Assembly: GCA_051362555.1 (NCBI GenBank)
Contig: CM120648.1
Location: forward strand, 13,574,587-13,638,586
Length of the DNA: 64,000 nucleotides
From: Lingula anatina
Lineage: Eukaryota; Animalia; Brachiopoda
Direction of reading: 5' to 3'
Numbering within the stretch: the stretch's first letter is position 1; each line of letters starts with the position of its first letter. The notes beneath the pieces are model-generated. The model searched no databases. It had not been told where the DNA came from and saw nothing but the letters and a program-made list of their open reading frames with translations. The position numbers and the translations under genes were made by a program. This document shows, in pieces, positions 1 to 11,500 of this stretch.

Positions 1-36
1 TCGCCGATGCCGGCGCCGTGCACTTTCAGTGTTATT
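1..36 (+). mobile_element. 3' part of a HINE/Helentron-like 5'-end insertion, cut by the window edge
   Basis: Identical to the last 36 nt of the insertions at 5820 and 8449. Confidence 0.75.
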
Positions 37-217
37 AGTTTTCTCGAATATATTGTCCGAAAAATAGTTTTGATTACACACAGTCAACTGATAATCTTAT
101 CTCAGATTTTTATTGTTATTAGGCATCATTTATACAAATTTCACAAACATTGGACCAGATTTGTGAAAATTATTAACATTTAACTATTTTATTCCATGGA
201 ATTTTCCCTTTTTCCAG

Positions 218-504
218 GTAAACCTTCCATTGCAGCCTTGTGGCTTCTTGGTTGACAGACTCTTCCTGTCTCTTTATGGCTAATGCCTATAGAAAAAACA
301 GGCATTGAAAGACAACATCAGGAGCAGTGCTCTGTCTCATCCATGTGTGCAATACGTGATATTTGGGAAGATTAAAGACATGATCAAATGGTGTGCTAAC
401 AGTCCAATTCCAGAAACCCACTGTAAGGATGAGTCTGCATCTGGTATTGGTAGTAAGGAGAAGTCTTGATTGGGTATATGTTGTATGTCAGAAGACAATA
501 ACAG
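218..504 (+). other. First copy of the 287-nt exon-like cassette (non-coding), repeated once per unit
   Basis: Upstream are TTTAAC (branch-point-like, ~35 nt before the AG), a ~58-nt AG-free zone and TTTTCCCTTTTTCCAG. The cassette ends at AACAG|GTAACT (usually AG|GTAATT). All three frames have stops. It is less AT-rich than the flanking sub-repeats. Confidence 0.55.
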
Positions 505-664
505 GTAACTTGCCACTTCCTACACAAACAAACACAAGTCATCACATCTGTTGTTTTATTTGAGATAAAATGATTTATTGGAATATTGAAATATTTGTTT
601 TTGTAAGTTTTCACTCTTCCACTATAAATGGCCATAAAATACACTTAAATTAGACACCCGTGAC

Positions 665-1184
665 GTGATAAGTTTTTGTCAGATTTTCATTGTTGTAAAG
701 CATCATTTGTACAAATTTCACAAAGATTGGACAACATATATCAAAATTATTAACGTTTAACTATTTTGATCCATGGAATTGGCCATTGTTTTCAACGTAA
801 TTTTTAGTTTTCTTGAATATATTATGCGAAAAAATCCATTTCATTAGACACAGGCAATTGATAATTTTATCTCAGAGTATTACAGTTGTTACGGTAAGCA
901 TCATTTGTACAAATATCACAAACATTAGACCACATTTGTCAAAACTATTAACATTTAACTATTTTTATCCATGGGATTTGCCATTGTTTTCAAGGTAATT
1001 TTTAGTTTTCTGAAATATATTGTCCGAAAAATAGTTTTGATTACACGCAGTTAACTGATAATGTTATCTCAGATTTTTATTGTTATTAGGCATCATTTAT
1101 ACAAATTTCACAAACATTGGACAAGATTTGTGAAAATTATTAACATTTAACTATTTTATTCCATGGAATTTTCCCTTTTTCCAG
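665..1184. repeat. Example tract of ~192-bp AT-rich sub-repeats (2 or 3 anchors per unit)
   Basis: The anchor CATCATTT(G/A)TACAAAT recurs at ~701, ~899 and 1091, and at 1668 and 1860 (192 bp apart). Many monomers contain the inverted repeat TTTCACAAA-N12-TTTGTGAAA and TCCATG(G/T)A. Confidence 0.95.
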
Positions 1185-4100
1185 GTAAGCCTTCCCTTGC
1201 AGCCTTGTGGCTTCTTGGTTGACAGACTCTACCTGTCTCTTCATTGCTAATGTCTATAGAAAAAACAGGCATTGAAAGACAACATGGAGAGCAGTAATAT
1301 ATCTCATCCATGTTTGCAATACATGATATGTGGCAAGATTAAGGACATGGTCAAATGGTGTGCTAACAGTCCTATTCCAGAAACCCACTGTAAGGATGAG
1401 TCTGCATCTGGTATTGGTAGTAAGGAGAAGTCTTGCTTGGTTATATGTTGTTTTTCAGAGAACAATAATAGGTAATTTGCCATTTCCTACACAAACAAAC
1501 ACAAGTCATCACATTTGTTGTTTTATTTGAGATAAAATGATTTATTGGAATATTGAAATATTTGTTTTTGTAAGTTCTCACTCCTCTGATATGAGTTGGC
1601 CATAAAATACACTTAAATTAAACACAGGGATGTGATAATCTTTTCTCAGATTTTTATTGTTGTAAACCATCATTTGTACAAATTTCACAAAGATTGGACC
1701 ACATTTGTCAAAATTATTAACGTTTAACTATTTTGATCCATGTAATTTGTCATTGTTTTCAATGTAATTTTTAGTTTTCTTGAATATAATGTCCGAAAAA
1801 TAGTTTTGATTACACACAGTTAACTGATAATCTTATCTCAGATTTTTATTGTTATTAGGCATCATTTATACAAATTTCACAAACATTGGACCAGATTTGT
1901 GAAAATTATTAACATTTAACTATTTTATTCCATGGAATTTTCCTTTTTCCAGGTAAGCCTTCCATTGCAGCCTTGTGGCTTCTTGGTTGACAGACTCTTC
2001 CTGTCTCGTTATGGCTAATGCCTATAGAAATGACAGGCATTGAAAGACAACATCAGGAGCAGCTGTGCTCTGTCTCATCCATGTGTGCAATACATGATAT
2101 GTGGCAAGATTAAATACATGGTCAAATGGTGTGCTAACAGTCCGATTCCAGAAACCCACTGTAAGGATGAGTCTGCATCTGGTATTGGTAGTAAGGAGAA
2201 GTCTTGATTGGGTATATGTTGTTTTTCAGAAGACAATAACAGGTAATTTGCCACTTTCTACACAAACCAACACAAGTCATCACATAAGTTGTTTTATTTG
2301 AGATAAAATGATTTATTGAAATATTGAAATATTTGTTTTTCGTAAGTTCTCACTCTTCTGATATAAATTATCAATAAAATACACTTAAATTAAACACAGG
2401 GATGTGATAACCTTTTCTCAGATTTTTATTGTTGTAAAGCATCATTTGTACAAATTTCACAAAGATTAGACCAGATTTGTGAAAATTATTAACGTTTAAC
2501 TATTTTGATCCATGTAATTTGCCATTGTTTTCAATGTAATTTTTAGTTTTCTCGAATATATTGTCCGAAAAATAGTTTTGATTACACACAGTCAACTGAT
2601 AATCTTATCTCAGATTTTTATTGTTATTAGGCATCATTTATACAAATTTCACAAACATTGGACCAGATTTGTGAAAATTATTAACATTTAACTATTTTAT
2701 TCCATGGAATTTTCCCTTTTTCCAGGTAAACCTTCCATTGCAGCCTTGTGGCTTCTTGGTTGACAGACTCTTCCTGTCTCTTTATGGCTAATGCCTATAG
2801 AAAAAACAGGCATTGAAAGACAACATGGAGAGCAGTGTTATATCTCATCCATGTGTGCAATACATGATATCTGGCAAGATTAAGGACATGGTCAAATGGT
2901 GTGCTAACAGTCCGATTCCAGAAACCCACTATAAGGATGAGTCTGCATCTGGAATTGGTAGTAAGGAGAAGTCTTGCTTGGTTATATGTTGTTTTTCAGA
3001 GAACAATAATAGGTAATTTGCCATTTCCTACACAAACAAACACAAGTCATCACATATGTTGTTTTATTTGAGATAAAATGATTTATTGGAATATTGAAAT
3101 ATTTGTTTTTCGTAAGTTCTCACTCTTCTGATATGAATTGACAGTAAAATACACTTAAATTAAACACAGGGATGTGATAATTTTTTCTCAGATTTTTATT
3201 GTTGTAAACCATCATTTGTACATATTACACAAAGATTGGACCACAATTGTCAACATTATTAACGTTTAACTATTTTGATCCATGTAATTTGCCATTGGTT
3301 CAATGTAATTTTTAGTTTTCTCGAATATATTGTCCGAAAAATAGTTTTGATTACACACAGTCAACTGATAATCGTATCTCAGATTTTTATTGTTATTAGG
3401 CATTATTTACACAAATTTCACAAACATTGGACCAGATTTGTGAAAATTATTAACATTTAACTATTTTATTCCATGGAATTTGCCCTTTTTCCAGGTAAAC
3501 CTTCCATTGCAGTCTTGTGGCTTCTTGGTTGACAGACTCTTCCTGTCTCTTTATGGCTAATGCCTATAGAAAAAACAGGCATTGAAAGACAACATCAGGA
3601 GCAGTGCTCTGTCTCATCCATGTGTCCAATACGTGATATTTGGGAAGATTAAAGACATGATCAAATGGTGTGCTAACAGTCCAATTCCAGAAACCCACTG
3701 TAAGGATGAGTCTGCATCTGGTATTGGTAGTAAGGAGAAGTATTGATTGGGTATATGTTGTATGTCAGAAGACAATAACAGGTAATTTGCCACTTCCTAC
3801 ACAAACAAACACAAGTCATCACATCTGTTGTTTTATTTGAGATAAAATGATTTATTGGAATATTGAAATATTTGTTTTTGTAAGTTTTCACTCTTCCACT
3901 ATAAATGGCCATAAAATACACTTAAATTAGACACCCGTGACGTGATAAGTTTTTGTCAGATTTTCATTGTTGTAAAGCATCATTTGTACAAATTTCACAA
4001 AGATTGGACAACATATATCAAAATTATTAACGTTTAACTATTTTGATCCATGGAATTGGCCATTGTTTTCAACGTAATTTTTTAGTTTTCTTGAATATAT

Positions 4101-5819
4101 TATGCGAAAAAATCCATTTCATTAGACACAGGCAATTGATAATCTTATCTCAGAGTATTACAGTTGTTACGGTAAGCATCATTTGTACAAATATCACAAA
4201 CATTAGACCACATTTGTCAAAACTATTAACATTTAACTATTTTTATCCATGGGATTTGCCATTGTTTTCAAGGTAATTTTTAGTTTTCTGAAATATATTG
4301 TCCAAAAAATAGTTTTGATTACACGCAGTTAACTGATAATGTTATCTCAGATTTTTATTGTTATTAGTCATCATTTATACAAATTTCACAAACATTGGAC
4401 AAGATTTGTGAAAATTATTAACATTTAACTATTTTATTCCATGGAATTTTCCCTTTTTCCAGGTAAGCCTTCCCTTGCAGCCTTGTGGCTTCTTGGTTGA
4501 CAGACTCTACCTGTCTCTTCATTGCTAATGTCTATAGAAAAAACAGGCATTGAAAGACAACATGGAGAGCAGTAATATATCTCATCCATGTTTGCAATAC
4601 ATGATATGTGGCAAGATTAAGGACATGGTCAAATGGTGTGCTAACAGTCCTATTCCAGAAACCCACTGTAAGGATGAGTCTGCATCTGGTATTGGTAGTA
4701 AGAAGTCTTGCTTGGTTATATGTTGTTTTTCAGAGAACAATAATAGGTAATTTGCCATTTCCTACACAAACAAACACAAGTCATCACATTTGTTGTTTTA
4801 TTTGAGATAAAATGATTTATTGGAATATTGAAATATTTGTTTTTGTAAGTTCTCACTCCTCTGATATGAGTTGGCCATAAAATACACTTAAATTAAACAC
4901 AGGGATGTGATAATCTTTTCTCAGATTTTTATTGTTGTAAACCATCATTTGTACAAATTTCACAAAGATTGGACCACAATTGTCAACATTATTAACGTTT
5001 AACTATTTTGATCCATGTAATTTGCCATTGGTTCAATGTAATTTTTAGTTTTCTCGAATATATTGTCCGAAAAATAGTTTTGATTACACACAGTCAACTG
5101 ATAATCGTATCTCAGATTTTTATTGTTATTAGGCATTATTTATACAAATTTCACAAACATTGGACCAGATTTGTGAAAATTATTAACATTTAACTATTTT
5201 ATTCCATGGAATTTGCCCTTTTTCCAGGTAAACCTTCCATTGCAGTCTTGTGGCTTCTTGGTTGACAGACTCTTCCTGTCTCGTTATGGCTAATGCCTAT
5301 AGAAATGACAGGCATTGAAAGACAACATCAGGAGCAGCTGTGCTCTGTCTCATCCATGTGTGCAATACATGATATGTGGCAAGATTAAATACATGGTCAA
5401 ATGGTGTGCTAACAGTCCGATTCCAGAAACCCACTGTAAGGATGAGTCTGCATCTGGTATTGGTAGTAAGGAGAAGTCTTGATTGGGTATATGTTGTTTT
5501 TCAGAAGACAATAACAGGTAATTTGCCACTTTCTACACAAACCAACACAAGTCATCACCTAAGTTGTTTTATTTGAGATAAAATGATTTATTGAAATATT
5601 GAAATATTTGTTTTTCGTAAGTTCTCACTCTTCTGATATAAATTATCAATAAAATACACTTAAATTAAACACAGGGATGTGATAACCTTTTCTCAGATTT
5701 TTATTGTTGTAAAGCATCATTTGTACAAATTTCACAAAGATTAGACCAGATTTGTGAAAATTATTAACGTTTAACTATTTTGATCCATGTAATTTGCCAT
5801 TGTTTTCAATGTAATTTTT

Positions 5820-5866
5820 ATGTACAGACACAGATGTGTCTGTACATATTGCCATCACCTGCGTCT

Positions 5867-5897
<31 letters not shown>

Positions 5898-5948
5898 CCG
5901 ATGCCGATGCCGTCGCCGATGCCGGCGCCGTGCACTTTCAGTGTTATT
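5820..5948 (+). mobile_element. 129-bp truncated 5' end of a non-autonomous Helentron (HINE/DINE-1/pearl-like architecture)
   Basis: The empty site in other units is GTAATTTTT|AGTTTTCTC, a T-run target. The insert is the palindrome ATGTACAGACACA-GA-TGTGTCTGTACAT, then ATTGCCATCAC, then a GTC/GCC microsatellite. This T-run, IR hairpin, short core, microsatellite order is the known HINE left-end layout. Confidence 0.75.
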
Positions 5949-8448
5949 AGTTTTCTCGAATATATTGTCCGAAAAATAGTTTTGATTACACACAGTCAAC
6001 TGATAATCTTATCTCAGATTTTTATTGTTATTAGGCATCATTTATACAAATTTCACAAACATTGGACCAGATTTGTGAAAATTATTAACATTTAACTATT
6101 TTATTCCATGGAATTTTCCCTTTTTCCAGGTAAACCTTCCATTGCAGCCTTGTGGCTTCTTGGTTGACAGACTCTTCCTGTCTCTTTATGGCTAATGCCT
6201 ATAGAAAAAACAGGCATTGAAAGACAACATGGAGAGCAGTGTTATATCTCATCCATGTGTGCAATACATGATATGTGGCAAGATTAAGGACATGGTCAAA
6301 TGGTGTGCTAACAGTCCGATTCCAGAAACCCACTATAAGGATGAGTCTGCATCTGGAATTGGTAGTAAGGAGAAGTCTTGCTTGGTTATATGTTGTTTTT
6401 CAGAGAACAATAATAGGTAATTTACCATTTCCTACACAAACAAACACAAGTCATCACATATGTTGTTTTATTTGAGATAAAATGATTTATTGGAATATTG
6501 AAATATTTGTTTTTCGTAAGTTCTCACTCTTCTGATATGAATTGACAATAAAATACACTTAAATTAAACACAGGGATGTGATAATTTTTTCTCAGATTTT
6601 TATTGTTGTAAAGCATCATTTGTACATATTACACAAAGATTGGACCACAATTGTCAACATTATTAACGTTTAACTATTTTGATCCATGTAATTTGCCATT
6701 GGTTCAATGTAATTTTTAGTTTTCTCGAATATATTGTCCGAAAAATAGTTTTGATTACACACAGTCAACTGATAATCGTATCTCAGATTTTTATTGTTAT
6801 TAGGCATTATTTACACAAATTTCACAAACATTGGACCAGATTTGTGAAAATTATTAACATTTAACTATTTTATTCCATGGAATTTGCCCTTTTTCCAGGT
6901 AAACCTTCCATTGCAGTCTTGTGGCTTCTTGGTTGACAGACTCTTCCTGTCTCTTTATGGCTAATGCCTATAGAAAAAACAGGCATTGAAAGACAACATC
7001 AGGAGCAGTGCTCTGTCTCATCCATGTGTCCAATACGTGATATTTGGGAAGATTAAAGACATGATCAAATGGTGTGCTAACAGTCCAATTCCAGAAACCC
7101 ACTGTAAGGATGAGTCTGCATCTGGTATTGGTAGTAAGGAGAAGTATTGATTGGGTATATGTTGTATGTCAGAAGACAATAACAGGTAATTTGCCACTTC
7201 CTACACAAACAAACACAAGTCATCACATTTGTTGTTTTATTTGAGATAAAATGATTTATTGGAATATTGAAATATTTGTTTTTGTAAGTTTTCACTCTTC
7301 CACTATAAATGGCCATAAAATACACTTAAATTAGACACCCGTGACGTGATAAGTTTTTGTCAGATTTTCATTGTTGTAAAGCATCATTTGTACAAATTTC
7401 ACAAAGATTGGACAACATATATCAAAATTATTAACGTTTAACTATTTTGATCCATGGAATTGGCCATTGTTTTCAACGTAATTTTTAGTTTTCTTCAATA
7501 TATTATGCGAAAAAATCCATTTCATTAGACACAGGCAATTGATAATCTTATCTCAGAGTATTACAGTTGTTACAGTAAGCATCATTTGTACAAATATCAC
7601 AAACATTAGACCACATTTGTCAAAACTATTAACATTTAACTATTTTTATCCATGGGATTTGCCATTGTTTTCAAGGTAATTTTTAGTTTTCTGAAATATA
7701 TTGTCCGAAAAATAGTTTTGATTACACACAGTTAACTGATAATCTTATCTCAGATTTTTATTGTTATTAGGCATCATTTATACAAATTTCACAAACATTG
7801 GACCAGATTTGTGAAAATTATTAACATTTAACTATTTTATTCCATGGAATTTTCCTTTTTCCAGGTAAGCCTTCCATTGCAGCCTTGTGGCTTCTTGGTT
7901 GACAGACTCTTCCTGTCTCGTTATGGCTAATGCCTATAGAAATGACAGGCATTGAAAGACAACATCAGGAGCAGCTGTGCTCTGTCTCATCCATGTGTGC
8001 AATACATGATATGTGGCAAGATGAAATACATGGTCAAATGGTGTGCTAACAGTCCGAATCCAGAATCCCACTGTAAGGATGAGTCTGCATCTGGTATTGG
8101 TAGTAAGGAGAAGTCTTGATTGGGTATATGTTGTTTTTCAGAAGACAATAACAGGTAATTTGCCACTTTCTACACAAACCAACACAAGTCATCACCTAAG
8201 TTGTTTTATTTGAGATAAAATGATTTATTGAAATATTTGTTTTTCGTAAGTTCTCACTCTTCTGATATAAATTATCAATAAAATACACTTAAATTAAACA
8301 CAGGGATGTGATAACCTTTTCTCAGATTTTTATTGTTGTAAAGCATCATTTGTACAAATTTCACAAAGATTAGACCAGATTTGTGAAAATTATTAACGTT
8401 TAACTATTTTGATCCATGTAATTTGCCATTGTTTTCAATGTAATTTTT

Positions 8449-8568
8449 ATGTACAGACACAGATGTGTCTGTACATATTGCCATCACCTGCGTCTGTCGT
8501 CGCCGTCGTCGCCGTCGCCGATGCCGATGCCGTCGCCGATGCCGGCGCCGTGCACTTTCAGTGTTATT
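8449..8568 (+). mobile_element. 120-bp copy of the same HINE-like insertion
   Basis: Same site and sequence, with one GTCGTCGCC 9-mer fewer. Confidence 0.75.
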
Positions 8569-11500
8569 AGTTTTCTCGAATATATTGTCCGAAAAATAGT
8601 TTTGATTACACACAGTCAACTGATAATCTTATCTCAGATTTTTATTGTTATTAGGCATCATTTATACAAATTTCACAAACATTGGACCAGATTTGTGAAA
8701 ATTATTAACATTTAACTATTTTATTCCATGGAATTTTCCCTTTTTCCAGGTAAACCTTCCATTGCAGCCTTGTGGCTTCTTGGTTGACAGACTCTTCCTG
8801 TCTCTTTATGGCTAATGCCTATAGAAAAAACAGGCATTGAAAGACAACATGGAGAGCAGTGTTATATCTCATCCATGTGTGCAATACATGATATGTGGCA
8901 AGATTAAGGACATGGTCAAATGGTGTGCTAACAGTCCGATTCCAGAAACCCACTATAAGGATGAGTCTGCATCTGGAATTGGTAGTAAGGAGAAGTCTTG
9001 CTTGGTTATATGTTGTTTTTCAGAGAACAATAATAGGTAATTTGCCATTTCCTACACAAACAAACACAAGTCATCACATATGTTGTTTTATTTGAGATAA
9101 AATGATTTATTGGAATATTGAAATATTTGTTTTTCGTAAGTTCTCACTCTTCTGATATGAATTGACAATAAAATACACTTAAATTAAACACAGGGATGTG
9201 ATAATTTTTTCTCAGATTTTTATTGTTGTAAAGCATCATTTGTACATATTACACAAAGATTGGACCACAATTGTCAACATTATTAACGTTTAACTATTTT
9301 GATCCATGTAATTTGCCATTGGTTCAATGTAATTTTTAGTTTTCTCGAATATATTGTCCGAAAAATAGTTTTGATTACACACAGTCAACTGATAATCGTA
9401 TCTCAGATTTTTATTGTTATTAGGCATTATTTACACAAATTTCACAAACATTGGACCAGATTTGTGAAAATTATTAACATTTAACTATTTTATTCCATGG
9501 AATTTGCCCTTTTTCCAGGTAAACCTTCCATTGCAGTCTTGTGGCTTCTTGGTTGACAGACTCTTCCTGTCTCTTTATGGCTAATGCCTATAGAAAAAAC
9601 AGGCATTGAAAGACAACATCAGGAGCAGTGCTCTGTCTCATCCATGTGTCCAATACGTGATATTTGGGAAGATTAAAGACATGATCAAATGGTGTGCTAA
9701 CAGTCCAATTCCAGAAACCCACTGTAAGGATGAGTCTGCATCTGGTATTGGTAGTAAGGAGAAGTATTGATTGGGTATATGTTGTATGTCAGAAGACAAT
9801 AACAGGTAATTTGCCACTTCCTACACAAACAAACACAAGTCATCACATTTGTTGTTTTATTTGAGATAAAATGATTTATTGGAATATTGAAATATTTGTT
9901 TTTGTAAGTTTTCACTCTTCCACTATAAATGGCCATAAAATACACTTAAATTAGACACCCGTGACGTGATAAGTTTTTGTCAGATTTTCATTGTTGTAAA
10001 GCATCATTTGTACAAATTTCACACAAAGATTGGACAACATATATCAAAATTATTAACGTTTAACTATTTTGATCCATGGAATTGGCCATTGTTTTCAACG
10101 TAATTTTTAGTTTTCTTCAATATATTATGCGAAAAAATCCATTTCATTAGACACAGGCAATTGATAATCTTATCTCAGAGTATTACAGTTGTTACAGTAA
10201 GCATCATTTGTACAAATATCACAAACATTAGACCACATTTGTCAAAACTATTAACATTTAACTATTTTTATCCATGGGATTTGCCATTGTTTTCAAGGTA
10301 ATTTTTAGTTTTCTGAAATATATTGTCCGAAAAATAGTTTTGATTACACACAGTTAACTGATAATGTTATCTCAGATTTTTATTGTTATTAGGCATCATT
10401 TATACAAATTTCACAAACATTGGACAAGATTTGTGAAAATTATTAACATTTAACTATTTTATTCCATGGAATTTTCCCTTTTTCCAGGTAAGCCTTCCCT
10501 TGCAGCCTTGTGGCTTCTTGGTTGACAGACTCTACCTGTCTCTTCATTGCTAATGTCTATAGAAAAAACAGGCATTGAAAGACAACATGGAGAGCAGTAA
10601 TATATCTCATCCATGTTTGCAATACATGATATGTGGCAAGATTAAGGACATGGTCAAATGGTGTGCTAACAGTCCTATTCCAGAAACCCACTGTAAGGAT
10701 GAGTCTGCATCTGGTATTGGTAGTAAGGAGAAGTCTTGATTGGGTATATGTTGTTTTTCAGAGAACAATAATAGGTTATTTACCACTTCCTACACAAACC
10801 AACACAAGTCATCACATTTGTTGTTTTATTAGAGATAAAATGATTTATTGAAATATTGAAATATTTGTTTTTCGTAAGTTTCCACTCTTCTGATATGAAT
10901 TGGCAATAAAATACACTTAAATTAAACACAGGGATGTGATAAGCTTTTCTCAGATTTTTATTGTTGTAAAGCATCATTTGTACAAATTTCACAAAGATTG
11001 GACCACAGTTGTCACAATTATTAATGTTTAACTATTTTGATCCATGGAATTTGCCATTGTTTTCAAGGTAATTTTTAGTTTTCTCGAATATATTATCCGA
11101 AAAATAGTTTTGATTACACACAGTCAACTGATAATCGTATCTCAAATTTTTACATTTATTAGGCATCATTTACACAAATTTCACAAAGATTGGATCAGAT
11201 TTGTGAAAATTATTAACATTTAACTATTTTATTCCATGGAATTTTTCCTTTTTCCAGGTAAACCTTCCATTGCAGCCTTGTGGCTTCTTGGTTGACAGAC
11301 TCTTCCTGTCTCTTTATGGCTAATGCCTATAGAAAAAAATAGGCATTGAAAGACAACATCAGGAGCAGTGCTCTGCCTCATCCATGTGTGCAATACATGA
11401 TATGTGGCAAGATGAAGGACATGGTCAAATGGTGTGCTAACAGTCCGAATCCAGAAACCCTCTGTAAGGAGGAATCTGCATCTTCCATCTGCATCTGGTA

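Noticed and set aside
195-310. Spliced-leader RNA or snRNA gene array (AG|GTAA followed by hairpins)
   Set aside because: There is no consensus Sm site between the hairpins and no resemblance to SL or U snRNAs I know. The upstream sequence looks like a polypyrimidine acceptor.
85-450. Hammerhead ribozyme / retrozyme satellite
   Set aside because: The closest motifs (CTGATAA, GGATGAG, minus-strand CTGATGT) do not match CUGANGA with a properly stemmed GAAA..UH core. An Infernal scan would be the formal test.
658-670. CRE/ATF-like TGACGTGA motif in one unit type
   Set aside because: It is a single short motif that simply tracks one repeat variant, with no supporting promoter evidence.
1445-1477. 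13-nt micro-exon reading (GTTTTTCAG|AGAACAATAATAG|GTAATT)
   Set aside because: The acceptor is weak and disrupted in many units (GTATGTCAG), and the length is not a multiple of 3. It cannot be excluded without RNA data.
1272-1530. Recurrent 60-110 aa ORFs (MKDNMESS.., MARLRTWS.., MYFMAIYS.., MGFWNRTV..) as a tandem gene family
   Set aside because: They overlap in several frames and both strands, many start at TTG/GTG, and stops and frameshifts vary between units. I recognise no domain. Their recurrence simply reflects the DNA repeat.
1535-1592. Intronic C/D box snoRNA per unit (ATGATTT...CTGA)
   Set aside because: The C box is non-consensus, the length is only ~55 nt, there is no terminal stem, and CTGA is absent in many units (CTTCCACTATA allele).
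5775-5999. Arg-rich protamine-like ORF (ARRRHRRRHRHRRRR..) and its Ser/Pro-rich antisense ORF, also at 8.4, 45.8, 48.4 and 51.8 kb
   Set aside because: These are translations of the GTC/GCC microsatellite in the HINE-like insert, flanked by satellite sequence, with no gene context.
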